A stretch of 64,000 nt of DNA from a virus. The stretch lies in IMG/VR virus record IMGVR_UViG_3300025140_000080, positions 7,378-71,377 of that record; one strand, given 5' to 3'. The notes below the pieces were generated by a model that worked only from the letters and a program-made list of their open reading frames with translations, had not been told where the DNA came from and did not search any database. The position numbers and the translations under genes were made by a program. Shown piece by piece: positions 31,748 to 41,625 of the stretch (its first letter is position 1; each line of letters starts with the position of its first letter).

Positions 31748-31960
31748 ATGGCAATTACTGAGGAAGACATAAAAAGAATTATAAAAGATGAATTGCGTAA
31801 ATTCTCTGATGAATCTCTGAATAAAGAGGTTGGTAAAGCACTTAATAAGAAAAATAACCCAGCCAGAGACGAAATGATTAGAACTATAAAAAATTCTATG
31901 GAATCCATATTCAAAGTATTATGGCAGAAAAAAGATTTTTGGAAGACAGACATTAAATAA
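31748..31960 (+). CDS. hypothetical late protein (start revised to ATG 31748)
   Basis: MAITEEDIKRIIKDE; late-type motif 20 nt upstream. Confidence 0.55.
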   Translation: MAITEEDIKRIIKDELRKFSDESLNKEVGKALNKKNNPARDEMIRTIKNSMESIFKVLWQKKDFWKTDIK

Positions 31961-31975
31961 TTATATTAAACTAAT

Positions 31976-33793
31976 ATGAACAAAATGAACATAAATGAGA
32001 TTGACAACTTATTAAACGAAAAGGAACAATCGTTAAAAAAGAAGATATTTTCGCTTGGAAAAATGGAGACACTTGTGTTCTCTGATCCTAAGTTGACTTC
32101 CATATATGACGATATGTCTGTAAACGGTGAAGAAAAGTACGGATATCATTATAACGAAACTATTATGAATATTATATTCAATGATTATATTCTAAATAGT
32201 CCTAAATTTCTTCAGAAATATAAGATGGCTATTCCAAAAGAAAAGAAAAGACGTGATAAATCAGGAATTAATAAACTAAAAAACGATGCGATTGAAAAGA
32301 TAGCTGATAAAGCTGGTAAAACAGCGACAGAGATCGATGAAACAGACTCAAGTAGTTCTGGCGCATACTCAAGCCCTTCGGCTTGGTCACCAAATGGCGA
32401 CTTATTAGGTAATTCGTCATTATCACCAGTTCGTAAACCCATTTTTCCTAATGGTACTGTTATACAGGAGAATTATCTAATAAATGCGTCTGTATTTGCT
32501 GATTATATCAATATTTTAGATGAGCAATTCAACAGAGAAAGTACATTGGCGAGCATTGGTAACAATTCTGATGCTTACGGTAATGAGACAAAAAATATGA
32601 GCAATTCAGACCTTAATGTGATTAACAAACAAATGAAAACACATAAATGGGATACTGCTAATATTGGTGGTAATGTTGACGAGAAAGAAAAAGTTAGTGA
32701 GGTTTCCATGCTCGACACCAATCCTGATAGTATGGCAACTAAACAGCCTATCGGAACAGAGGGTGGCGGTATTGAGAGAGGTATGAATGGCGGCGGAGCT
32801 TCTGCACCAATGAGTGAAAATAAAAAAACAAAACAAGATATGAGCGAAAACGATATTTTAAATGAATTAGACGCAGAGCTAACTCAGTTAAGCGAACAAC
32901 AAACAGGTTTAAAAAATATATCAGAAGATAAGAGAACACCATCGCTGGTGAATGTTGATAGAATGGGTACTGACAACGCTAAAAACTTTAAACAGGATAT
33001 GCAGCATAGTGGTACTAAAGAAATCATCAATGTGGAGAAAGAATTACAGTGGAAAGATCAACAAACTGATATTAAAGACCCTAAAAAACTTAGTTCCGAT
33101 ATTGAAAAGGATGTTATTAAGAAAACTAAGGGAAATGCTCTTGAAAATGTTGGTAATTCGGCTAACGAAAAGGGTAACGAAATTCCAAAACGAAATCTTA
33201 GCACTGATGAACAAGAAGAGGTTGATAGCTATAGATTAGGTCTTGGCGATTTGGACTATTCGATTAAACCTGATAAGAAGTTCGAAGACCGTATGAAAAC
33301 GGATATGGGCGATAAAAATTATGAAATGAGATTGAAGAAATTGGACATGCGTCATAATCAGCCTATGTATAACAAAGATTCACAGCCTACGAATACGGCT
33401 AAAGTAAATGAGTCTTTTATGAGCGGTAAATATTTTGATGACTTTGGTAAGTCACACATCATTGACTTCACGTTAAATGAAGCCAATGAAGCAAAAAAGG
33501 CTGAATCTAATTGGTTTGCATTAAATCTTAATGGATTAGGCAATACGTATACAAATAAATTGGATTCAACTACTCGTAAAATTGGCGTTAATGAAGGCGT
33601 TGCTGATCTAATCGTATCATATGATTATTATGTTGATGCTACCAAAAACATTTTCGTTGTTGAGAAAAGTAAAATGTTGAGCGAGAATACCACCGAAAAA
33701 GCAGTTGTTAACGAATCTTTAGATAAGATGAAACACTTATTTGAGTATCAATCATCTGATTTTGTGGACATGAGAAATAACACAAGAATCTGA
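31976..33793 (+). CDS. putative prohead core/scaffold or internal head protein
   Basis: Low-complexity charged protein with many (I/L/V/M)-x-E motifs; ends VNESLDKMKHLFEY. Confidence 0.45.
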   Translation: MNKMNINEIDNLLNEKEQSLKKKIFSLGKMETLVFSDPKLTSIYDDMSVNGEEKYGYHYNETIMNIIFNDYILNSPKFLQKYKMAIPKEKKRRDKSGINKLKNDAIEKIADKAGKTATEIDETDSSSSGAYSSPSAWSPNGDLLGNSSLSPVRKPIFPNGTVIQENYLINASVFADYINILDEQFNRESTLASIGNNSDAYGNETKNMSNSDLNVINKQMKTHKWDTANIGGNVDEKEKVSEVSMLDTNPDSMATKQPIGTEGGGIERGMNGGGASAPMSENKKTKQDMSENDILNELDAELTQLSEQQTGLKNISEDKRTPSLVNVDRMGTDNAKNFKQDMQHSGTKEIINVEKELQWKDQQTDIKDPKKLSSDIEKDVIKKTKGNALENVGNSANEKGNEIPKRNLSTDEQEEVDSYRLGLGDLDYSIKPDKKFEDRMKTDMGDKNYEMRLKKLDMRHNQPMYNKDSQPTNTAKVNESFMSGKYFDDFGKSHIIDFTLNEANEAKKAESNWFALNLNGLGNTYTNKLDSTTRKIGVNEGVADLIVSYDYYVDATKNIFVVEKSKMLSENTTEKAVVNESLDKMKHLFEYQSSDFVDMRNNTRI

Positions 33794-33830
33794 TAACAGA
33801 ATACAGACTATAATTCTAACAAATTATCAG

Positions 33831-33874
33831 GGATATTTAATTATAACTATTTATAATTAAATATCCTTTTTTTT
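33831..33874 (+). terminator. intrinsic terminator
   Basis: 16-bp IR GGATATTTAATTATAA/TTATAATTAAATATCC then T8. Confidence 0.75.
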
Positions 33875-33901
33875 GTTTATAAATATTTTAACTCGTAATG
33901 G

Positions 33902-33931
33902 TTGTATTTCGGATATTTTGTATTATATTTG
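33902..33931 (+). promoter_or_regulatory. Bacteroidota-type promoter
   Basis: TTG-N19-TATATTTG. Confidence 0.65.
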
Positions 33932-33965
33932 CCACGAATAAAAGACAAAAGTAAAAAAATATATA

Positions 33966-34397
33966 ATGGCTGAACAGAAAGTAAAAATTGTTATCATGAG
34001 AGTAGAACTTTATCGTGATTTTACGATAAATTTATTGCATAAGATTTATGATTATTATTTAGACTCTAAAACGTTAAATGATAAGAATGATAAATACAAT
34101 CATTATAATTGGTGTTATAATGAGGTGTGTAAGTCATTCGCTAAGGAAAATATGATGTTTGCCGATAACGATGATCTTAGAACTTATTTCTATTCGTTTT
34201 ATGAGTTACATATCTATAATTCTAATACCTGTACAGATAAGTCTTCAATAGATATTAATAAGCTTGATAAGTTTTGGAGAAGTATTTTCAACTATAAGTT
34301 TAATAAAGTGGGTTATGATATGAATTTACTTGTCGAAGTATATGTTAAGTTTGATAAGTCATTGGTTTTGAAAAAAAAATTACTCGAAAAAGTGTGA
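33966..34397 (+). CDS. hypothetical protein
   Basis: 143-aa ORF behind host-type promoter. Confidence 0.6.
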   Translation: MAEQKVKIVIMRVELYRDFTINLLHKIYDYYLDSKTLNDKNDKYNHYNWCYNEVCKSFAKENMMFADNDDLRTYFYSFYELHIYNSNTCTDKSSIDINKLDKFWRSIFNYKFNKVGYDMNLLVEVYVKFDKSLVLKKKLLEKV

Positions 34398-34442
34398 AAG
34401 TACTTGTATAATTGATAAATATTATATACTTTTACAAAAAAA

Positions 34443-34661
34443 ATGATTAATATTAAGTATGATATATTGAGTAAGCTATCAACAGATAAATATCTGGCTG
34501 AGGTTGAACTGCATGATTATATAAATTCATCGGCTCATGGCTATCGTGCTAAAATCGATAAAATTAGTGAAATTCTTGGTGAAATTATACTAATAAATTC
34601 AAAAATAGATATGGTTGATCATTATTTTAAGGATGTTGTATCTAATGATTTAGAAAAATAA
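34443..34661 (+). CDS. hypothetical protein
   Basis: 72-aa ORF. Confidence 0.55.
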   Translation: MINIKYDILSKLSTDKYLAEVELHDYINSSAHGYRAKIDKISEILGEIILINSKIDMVDHYFKDVVSNDLEK

Positions 34662-34673
34662 AAACAAATAAAA

Positions 34674-34874
34674 ATGATTATAGGAATTCTCGCAGAAATT
34701 TACCAGTTTATGTTTATAATGTCGATAATATATATTATACATATTATTATCGACATCTTAATTAAAGCTTACAGTAAAATATATTTCGGAAACGATACCA
34801 AGTTTGTTATGACTGGTGTTGAAAAAATGATTTTATGGATATCAATCGGCGTATTTATTAGCTTTATATTATAA
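34674..34874 (+). CDS. small two-TM membrane protein
   Basis: Two hydrophobic segments. Confidence 0.55.
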   Translation: MIIGILAEIYQFMFIMSIIYIIHIIIDILIKAYSKIYFGNDTKFVMTGVEKMILWISIGVFISFIL

Positions 34875-34876
34875 TT

Positions 34877-35302
34877 ATGGACAGAATAGAAAAAATGTTA
34901 GAGCCATTAGATGGCTATTTAATCTCGATAACACGTAATACTGAAGTCGGATGGTATGAGTTAGAAGTTGGTATACCAGCTAAATGGGCTATTGCTGGTA
35001 ATCAGTTTGTGGCGTGTGAAATTGTTAGCGACGATGAAAACGGTAAGATTGTGATCTTAGCACCAGCGAAATCAGATGTTGGTCTTGGAACTTTGGTTGA
35101 TTTTATGAAGTTATTAATAAACACTAATAAAAAAATAGCTGAAAAGGAAGCCTTATTCGCAAAGAAAATGGAAAACTTTAAAAGCACCTTCGAGAATAAA
35201 GCTAATCAGTTTTATAAGGAACTCGATGACATGCGTGAAACATCATTTAAACCTATTGTAGATGACACAAAATCAGAACCCAAATCAAATACCAAAGCCT
35301 AA
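34877..35302 (+). CDS. hypothetical protein
   Basis: 141-aa ORF. Confidence 0.6.
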   Translation: MDRIEKMLEPLDGYLISITRNTEVGWYELEVGIPAKWAIAGNQFVACEIVSDDENGKIVILAPAKSDVGLGTLVDFMKLLINTNKKIAEKEALFAKKMENFKSTFENKANQFYKELDDMRETSFKPIVDDTKSEPKSNTKA

Positions 35303-35675
35303 ATCAAATTTAAGCGATGAAGATCGTGAATTATTAGAAGAAGTTATTGAGATTGGTGCTGATAAGCCAGTCTCAAAGAGCATGTATGCCGCCGAAATTA
35401 AGCAGATTAAGGGCGAGAATCAACGCTCGATGAAAATGTTTGCTAATGATATTGAAGGCTTTGGCGACACATATGTGAAAAATATGGAAATAAAGAGAAA
35501 ATTATCAGAGGATAAAAGACTTGAATGTATTCAATATATATTAAAGCATTCGAAGGATTATCAGGAGTATAGTCTATTAAACTATGATCTTGCTGAAATT
35601 AGTGAGATATATGTGAGTGTGAAAGAGAAAAACAAATCATTTATCCTCAAACTAATCAAATTTATTATTGGTTAG
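35262..35675 (+). CDS. hypothetical protein
   Basis: 137-aa ORF; start uncertain. Confidence 0.5.
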   Translation: MTQNQNPNQIPKPKSNLSDEDRELLEEVIEIGADKPVSKSMYAAEIKQIKGENQRSMKMFANDIEGFGDTYVKNMEIKRKLSEDKRLECIQYILKHSKDYQEYSLLNYDLAEISEIYVSVKEKNKSFILKLIKFIIG

Positions 35676-36129
35676 TTTGAGATTCCTCTATTTTTGAGCC
35701 ATCTGGTGGCATATCACTCATAACAATCGGAATATTTGCCATTGCTGTCACATTTGGCATTGATGGCATTTTAGGCATAGCATTATTAACACCTGCGACG
35801 CCATTATTATTGTTATTTATGGCGTTTATGGAGTTAATAGTCTCAGCATCCATACTCCCAATCTTGTTACTAACATTAAAGCCGAAACCATTTTTATACC
35901 CAATGGCTGTTAAGGTGAAACCGATTATTTCTACGATTAACACATGGTCTATTTCCTTTTTATCAACCATAATAACTGTGGAAGCCATGATTACGATAAA
36001 CATCATAAGCAGACCAATAAGAGAGCCGACTTTAGTCATACTAAATCTGTATGAGTTATTATCAGTTAAAATATCACTCCAAAAACCTTTGGAAATATTT
36101 GTAGATGTGGGTGTAATTTTCTTGTCCAT
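35665..36129 (-). CDS. two-TM holin-like membrane protein
   Basis: FWSDILTD..FSMTKVGSL, two TM helices, polar tail; late-type motif upstream. Confidence 0.45.
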   Translation of the reverse strand: MDKKITPTSTNISKGFWSDILTDNNSYRFSMTKVGSLIGLLMMFIVIMASTVIMVDKKEIDHVLIVEIIGFTLTAIGYKNGFGFNVSNKIGSMDAETINSINAINNNNNGVAGVNNAMPKMPSMPNVTAMANIPIVMSDMPPDGSKIEESQTNQ

Positions 36130-36152
36130 TTCATATAAATACCTTATCTTTG
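36122..36152 (+). promoter_or_regulatory. Bacteroidota-type promoter overlapping opposite-strand late motif
   Basis: TTG-N20-TATCTTTG; ATAAATAC at 36135-36142. Confidence 0.6.
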
Positions 36153-36177
36153 TAAAAATAAAAAATTAATTATAAAT

Positions 36178-36927
36178 ATGGACTTATTTAAGACAGTTTT
36201 TAATCGTGCAAGCATTTATAATATGCTATTTGTATCGATAGATAGTGTATTGGAATACCCGACATTAGATGCACTTGAGAAGGGTAATAAAGGCTTGTAT
36301 GACCAGTGGATGGAGATCAGGACTAATTATAGGGATGATTATAATCTGCCTTATGAGAGAGCCGCTGTTAGATGCCCTGAGTTGTGTAAAATAGTGTCGA
36401 TTTCGTATGGCACTATGACGATGGTGAACGGTGAGGTAAAAAGAAATTTTAAAAAGGTTGCAAGTCCTAATGAGGATATCGTTATCGAAGCATTTTTTGA
36501 CTACTTAAATTCATGTGGTGAAGCTGGCACAAAGTTTCCAGCAATTTGCGGCTTTAATTTATCAAAGATGAGAATACCATTTTTAATTAAAAGGTATATG
36601 GTTAACCGAAGTAAATTTAGTAAGCCTGTTGAGTTGCCAGCAATCTTGAAGGAGTCTTTATCATCAAAACCTTGGGAGGGTGATAATATTGTTGATGTTG
36701 AGGAAGTGTGGAAATTTGGGGGTGCTGTATCCGCTAATTTAATGATAATATCCGAATTCTTAGGATTAAAGAAGACTGTTGAAATTTTTAATGAGGTTGA
36801 CGCTTCTATGTTTTATTGGGCAAATATTGAGGCTGATAATGATAAGGTTATTAGTTGGGCTTCTATGCAGTCTATGACAAAGGTTAATCTTGCTATGCAA
36901 TTAATGAATGATCTCAGGATGATATAA
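36178..36927 (+). CDS. PolB-type 3'-5' exonuclease-fold protein, apparently catalytically dead
   Basis: KIVSISYG, E..I...FF, CGFN....IPFL, SKPWE, DVEEVWKFG; DEDD acidic residues replaced. Confidence 0.6.
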   Translation: MDLFKTVFNRASIYNMLFVSIDSVLEYPTLDALEKGNKGLYDQWMEIRTNYRDDYNLPYERAAVRCPELCKIVSISYGTMTMVNGEVKRNFKKVASPNEDIVIEAFFDYLNSCGEAGTKFPAICGFNLSKMRIPFLIKRYMVNRSKFSKPVELPAILKESLSSKPWEGDNIVDVEEVWKFGGAVSANLMIISEFLGLKKTVEIFNEVDASMFYWANIEADNDKVISWASMQSMTKVNLAMQLMNDLRMI

Positions 36928-36943
36928 TGAAAGGACATTGTAC

Positions 36944-36979
36944 AAAAAAAGGGAGCAAATTAATTTGCTCCCTTTTTTT
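36944..36979. terminator. bidirectional terminator at strand switch
   Basis: Perfect palindrome AAAAAAAGGGAGCAAATT/AATTTGCTCCCTTTTTTT between convergent genes. Confidence 0.9.
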
Positions 36980-37283
36980 ATTCCATCCATTCGAGTTTAT
37001 CTTTAAATAATCCATCTATGAATTCCGCATCGAAATATGCGTCAAATTCAGCTTCTGGTAGATATGCACGTTTAAGATAAACATTACCGTTTAAGTAGTA
37101 ATCGAACATTGTTAACAATGTTTCAAAAAAGATATAATTACCGTTTTTGAAAATATACGGTAACGTCGATTCGAATCTGATTGATTTTCCGTCGATATTA
37201 TAATTCATCATTATTCCAAGTTCTTTGCTTGGTTCGTCAGGTGAGTAATGCTCAACATGACCTGTTATTAATCTTGTTCTCAT
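36978..37283 (-). CDS. hypothetical protein
   Basis: Colinear - strand ORF. Confidence 0.6.
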   Translation of the reverse strand: MRTRLITGHVEHYSPDEPSKELGIMMNYNIDGKSIRFESTLPYIFKNGNYIFFETLLTMFDYYLNGNVYLKRAYLPEAEFDAYFDAEFIDGLFKDKLEWME

Positions 37284-37287
37284 ATAT

Positions 37288-37602
37288 TTAAATTTCTATT
37301 TTTTCAAATTCGCAATCTGAGTTGCAGCAGAACAATGTGCAAAAATCGCCATCCTCATTATCCATACATACCATGAAGAATGGGTCACCAGTCATGTTGA
37401 TGTAACAAACAACATCATATTTATTTATGGCATTTTTCGTCCCATATTCATAACCGCCACCAAAATATATCTTATAGTCTTTGGATATTATACATTCTTT
37501 GACCAACTCTGTTAAAGCATACTTTTGAGGAATTTTACCTCCGTCCTTAGTGTGCTCTGACATAAAGGACTTAAATCTACACCGATTTAGCTTATTTATC
37601 AT
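37288..37602 (-). CDS. hypothetical protein
   Basis: Colinear - strand ORF. Confidence 0.55.
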   Translation of the reverse strand: MINKLNRCRFKSFMSEHTKDGGKIPQKYALTELVKECIISKDYKIYFGGGYEYGTKNAINKYDVVCYINMTGDPFFMVCMDNEDGDFCTLFCCNSDCEFEKIEI

Positions 37603-37603
37603 C

Positions 37604-37819
37604 TTAGTTGAGCGTTAATTCGATTGCCGCTAAAATTATTATTTTTTTAGGAAATTTACCATCCTTAATTTCGTTTTCCATGATTGAACTGGCATAGAAA
37701 TCTGAAAATAGCTCACCGATATTCGTATGATTCCTATTAGGAATTTCGAATATCGTATCCTCTGTATTTGCGTCAATATATTTGACGGTGATTCTTGAAC
37801 TGTCTTTACTGTATCTCAT
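37604..37819 (-). CDS. hypothetical protein
   Basis: Colinear - strand ORF. Confidence 0.55.
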   Translation of the reverse strand: MRYSKDSSRITVKYIDANTEDTIFEIPNRNHTNIGELFSDFYASSIMENEIKDGKFPKKIIILAAIELTLN

Positions 37820-37821
37820 AA

Positions 37822-38040
37822 TTATTCTTGTTTTTCTTGTGCATCTATCGCACTCATTAAAGCGATAAAATTTGTTGACATTATTTTAAATCCAAACGTT
37901 AAATATACAAAGTTAATATATTTAACGTGAATAGCAAATTCATTTTGTAATGGATAGTAAGATATAACAAAAATAATTGCGGCTATAACTATCGACTCAA
38001 TGAATAGTAGAAACAAATATGTTAATAATGATTTAATCAT
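37822..38040 (-). CDS. small membrane protein
   Basis: Two hydrophobic segments. Confidence 0.55.
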   Translation of the reverse strand: MIKSLLTYLFLLFIESIVIAAIIFVISYYPLQNEFAIHVKYINFVYLTFGFKIMSTNFIALMSAIDAQEKQE

Positions 38041-38118
38041 GGCTTATTTATGTATTATGAGAAACGCTAACAACCTTTATAGCTATTAGCGTTTCGTTAT
38101 TTTTAATTATGGACAATT

Positions 38119-38373
38119 TTATTTTGTATTACAGGTATTGGCAAGTTTGATCAAATTGCCCTTGAATGCATCACGATAAAATACATATAGAACTAATTCG
38201 TATAAAACATGCATCACAACATGAAAATAATGCCCTACAGTGAATAATAATGATACAATCGTACCAGCTATCATTTTGGAGAGAATATTGTCAAATTTAC
38301 CATATATCTCAATAACCCTATTCCAATGTAGTCTCTCTTTGCAGAGAACAACTTTTAGTAAACTTGTTTTCAT
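38119..38373 (-). CDS. hypothetical protein
   Basis: 84-aa ORF. Confidence 0.45.
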   Translation of the reverse strand: MKTSLLKVVLCKERLHWNRVIEIYGKFDNILSKMIAGTIVSLLFTVGHYFHVVMHVLYELVLYVFYRDAFKGNLIKLANTCNTK

Positions 38374-38375
38374 AT

Positions 38376-38954
38376 TTAAAATTTTTCTGGTTTAATAAGA
38401 CTTTTTGGAATCATATCGAATTCATTTGATGGTAATACCAGTACGATCTCTGATAAGTATGCGTTCAATGTGAATGGATTATACCAGTTATTCAACTCAC
38501 GATCATATAACGCTGTTTTTATCATGTGATATGCTTTATTCGTGGTGTCTTTTCTAAAATAAATATCCTTCAGATATTTAGATGTGATCTTACCATCGTT
38601 TTTCATGTAATAGACCATTGTATCGCTACCTATCTGTGCAAAAACAATGTGTGTGTTTACAGCCGTTTTATATATAATCGAATCCGAATTTAAATTGGTA
38701 TATAAAACAAAATTCTTAACAGTGTCTATACTATCTGTTTTGCATTTAATACTAAATAACTCGTGAATAGAATTGTAAGAAATTACAGTTTTCTTTTTAT
38801 CCCTTGTGGATAAATCTGTCACAACGAATGATACCATAGTTACGAAGGCAATTATACCTATGATTAGAAATTTTTTGTCCCATGACATACTTCCTTTGAA
38901 GAAGCATGCCGAGACTATGATTGTTACTAATGATACTAATAGAAATGTATACAT
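38376..38954 (-). CDS. membrane protein (two N-terminal TM helices)
   Basis: Hydrophobic N-terminus. Confidence 0.6.
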   Translation of the reverse strand: MYTFLLVSLVTIIVSACFFKGSMSWDKKFLIIGIIAFVTMVSFVVTDLSTRDKKKTVISYNSIHELFSIKCKTDSIDTVKNFVLYTNLNSDSIIYKTAVNTHIVFAQIGSDTMVYYMKNDGKITSKYLKDIYFRKDTTNKAYHMIKTALYDRELNNWYNPFTLNAYLSEIVLVLPSNEFDMIPKSLIKPEKF

Positions 38955-38958
38955 GTTT

Positions 38959-40326
38959 TTATTTTTTATTATTTTTTACTTCGTCTTCCGTGTCAATCCA
39001 CTCAATTCCAGGGCAGTAATCACTATAACTTGCTTTAAAGTAATCTGAGAAGATACCTCCAGAGTTTAATATCAGATTGAATATTCCCACTGCTGAGCCA
39101 GCTATGATCGCTACACATACTATTTTCCAGAGAAAATCATATACAACGAATTTCAAAGGTAGTATTATAATATAGTATATAACTCTTAATATGAATATCC
39201 CAGCAATTGCGATAGGACTAAAGATAGCTGAACGTAGGAATTTAGAATACCATGTATTTTTATTTTTCATACAGTCTTTAGCGAAAGCATCGAGAACAAA
39301 ATAAATGAATAGTAACACGAGAACTAAAGCTATAAAAACACCTGAATAACCTAATACCATTAAAATAGTGCCGATATTATTTGCTGCACCCTCAAAGAGC
39401 ATGACTAATAGATATGATATAATCGATGCGACTATAAATGAAGTTGCTAATAGGAAAACAGTTACAAGAAATCCTACAATCTTTTTGGTATTTTTTATGA
39501 TATTAGCATTGACAGTGAAAGCATCGTGAATTTTGTTAAAGAAATTTGACATGCTATTTGAGGCATTTGCAAATGCGTTGTTTATAGGTTTCATTCTTGC
39601 TTCCCATTTGGCATCCTTAATCTTCTTTTTAGCAAGATTTTTCTGATATTCGGCTCTATTTTTTTCAGCATATTCATTCTCCTCTTTACGCCATGCTTTC
39701 CATTTTTCAAATAACTCATTATTCTTTTGCATGTATAAGGCTGAATCCGTATTTTTATCTATACCATATTTAAGTAACACAAATTTATCAAAAACATTAT
39801 ATTTATTACCTGAAATGGCTTTCGTAAAATAATTTGGCTTGTAATAATCGCCATCATTCTGTGCATAATCATACATTTCACTTTCACCCACATTTAAAAG
39901 CCAATGGTCGATCAATACGTCGAAAAATTTCTGTATTCCGCTATCAAATAACATTGCGACCTTTTTGATCATGCTACCGATGAAAACAAATGTGCATACA
40001 AATAGTGAAAATATAAACAGCCAGAAATATGGACAGCCATTACGCATTGTTTCTGGCGTTGGTGCTCCGCTACCCAGAACATATTTTACCAGATGATAAT
40101 GCCATGACCTCATGCTTACAGCCATCAGTTTAGGGTATTCGGACTGGTTCAGATAATCCAGTTCATTACTATTAAGCTTATATGTGCTATCAACCTTAAT
40201 CTTGCCTTTTGTTGACTCGATCACCTTAATACTATACAAGCCATCGGTTTTTATTAGAAACCCTTTAAACTCTTTTGTGGCTGACTGATATACCACGAGT
40301 TTGTTTACACTTAAATCAACATTCAT
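38959..40326 (-). CDS. multi-pass membrane protein
   Basis: 455 aa with several TM segments and a central coiled coil. Confidence 0.7.
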   Translation of the reverse strand: MNVDLSVNKLVVYQSATKEFKGFLIKTDGLYSIKVIESTKGKIKVDSTYKLNSNELDYLNQSEYPKLMAVSMRSWHYHLVKYVLGSGAPTPETMRNGCPYFWLFIFSLFVCTFVFIGSMIKKVAMLFDSGIQKFFDVLIDHWLLNVGESEMYDYAQNDGDYYKPNYFTKAISGNKYNVFDKFVLLKYGIDKNTDSALYMQKNNELFEKWKAWRKEENEYAEKNRAEYQKNLAKKKIKDAKWEARMKPINNAFANASNSMSNFFNKIHDAFTVNANIIKNTKKIVGFLVTVFLLATSFIVASIISYLLVMLFEGAANNIGTILMVLGYSGVFIALVLVLLFIYFVLDAFAKDCMKNKNTWYSKFLRSAIFSPIAIAGIFILRVIYYIIILPLKFVVYDFLWKIVCVAIIAGSAVGIFNLILNSGGIFSDYFKASYSDYCPGIEWIDTEDEVKNNKK

Positions 40327-40374
40327 TTTTTTTATTTTTAATTTACACTTAAAACTTTATTTTGGACATTATAC

Positions 40375-40809
40375 TTAAATCCATGTCATTGGGACAGACC
40401 ATCTAACCAATAGTTTCTTTCTTGTCTTTTTACGATATATTCTAAAAGTGATGTACTTTTTGTCTGGCCATACCTCACTATCGATTGATTTTAATCTGTT
40501 GTGATTCTCGTCTTCAACTGTATAGTTCACCTCAACCACTGAATCAATATACGCTATAGAAACGCCTGATTTGGTTTTAAACGTGTTTGATTTGAATTGG
40601 TCGTTTAGTAATTTTAAAAATAGTGATTCCAAATCGTTGGCACAAAAATCAGTGTATCCTCCGAGAAAATTACTTATTGATAAAAATTCAGAATCAGGAT
40701 ATTTTTTATCAACAAATAAAATCTTATTGATTATTTGTGTGCATGCTTTTTTCCCGAATTGTTTAAGCATTCTTTCGAAATGCTTAATAGAACAAATTTG
40801 TTTTTTCAT
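40375..40809 (-). CDS. hypothetical protein (start revised to 40809)
   Basis: Colinear ORF. Confidence 0.5.
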   Translation of the reverse strand: MKKQICSIKHFERMLKQFGKKACTQIINKILFVDKKYPDSEFLSISNFLGGYTDFCANDLESLFLKLLNDQFKSNTFKTKSGVSIAYIDSVVEVNYTVEDENHNRLKSIDSEVWPDKKYITFRIYRKKTRKKLLVRWSVPMTWI

Positions 40810-41551
40810 TTTTATTTCTTTTTTTATATTCATTAACTAAATTTAAGAACCATGCGAAACATTCATGAGTTTTATCACCAGTTTCATTATCACATTGGTA
40901 GAATTTAACATACAGATCAAGCACATCGAGTGCGTCAAGCTTTTTAATTAACGCCACTGCTCTTTTTGTTGCTTGTTCCCAGCCGCCTTTAGAGCCACTA
41001 CGCCACACATTGTACGCTACATCATGTTCTTCAATTACGAACAAAGTCCTTAAGCCAGTGATATACTTAAGAGCGAAGTTTTTTGCGATAGCACCATGAT
41101 GGTTTTCATCGACTCTCGGTTTGCTTCGATCTACTTTATACTTGAAACTATCATGAATTAGTGCGATCAGTCTCAATAATCTTCTTTCATCATTTCCGAC
41201 TGAGTACAGGTTAATATTATCAAAAACTTCAACAATATGATTAATAATAGCTCCCTCTGGGTGTCCACGCCTTGCTTCACCATCAAATATATGTGAATAA
41301 AAATCGTAATCAGCTATAATTCGGTCTTCTGCGATGTTTTCAGGTTTTAAGATTAAACGTGCTTTAATCTTATATATCTCACTCATTAAACATTCTCCGA
41401 GAGAACTTATGTTCTGAATTGAGACATATGAATGCGTGAAACAGTCTGTTTTGTTTTGATGTTCATAACACCTAATATCAGCCTCTTCTTTACACAAATC
41501 AATCTCAATAGGATATCTGTCGCAAATCACGCAATATTTTAGTGAATCCAT
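40784..41551 (-). CDS. HD-domain phosphohydrolase resembling the HD domain of CCA-adding enzymes, with Cys-rich N-terminus
   Basis: GHPEG....H, ALIHDSFK, NHHG, EEHD. Confidence 0.7.
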   Translation of the reverse strand: MDSLKYCVICDRYPIEIDLCKEEADIRCYEHQNKTDCFTHSYVSIQNISSLGECLMSEIYKIKARLILKPENIAEDRIIADYDFYSHIFDGEARRGHPEGAIINHIVEVFDNINLYSVGNDERRLLRLIALIHDSFKYKVDRSKPRVDENHHGAIAKNFALKYITGLRTLFVIEEHDVAYNVWRSGSKGGWEQATKRAVALIKKLDALDVLDLYVKFYQCDNETGDKTHECFAWFLNLVNEYKKRNKNEKTNLFY

Positions 41552-41575
41552 GTTTAAATTTTTATATTTTCTATG

Positions 41576-41605
41576 TTATACGTAATTTAATACAAAAGGT
41601 TACAA
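41576..41605 (-). promoter_or_regulatory. early-type motif TTGTAAC-N14-TACGTATAA
   Basis: Exact match, upstream of HD gene. Confidence 0.75.
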
Positions 41606-41625
41606 AAATATTGAAGTATTTCATA

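Noticed and set aside
38061-38095. Riboswitch or terminator hairpin GAAACGCTAA/TTAGCGTTTC
   Set aside because: It is a 10-bp stem with a 15-nt loop and no clear U tract on the - strand or aptamer features, so its function cannot be supported.
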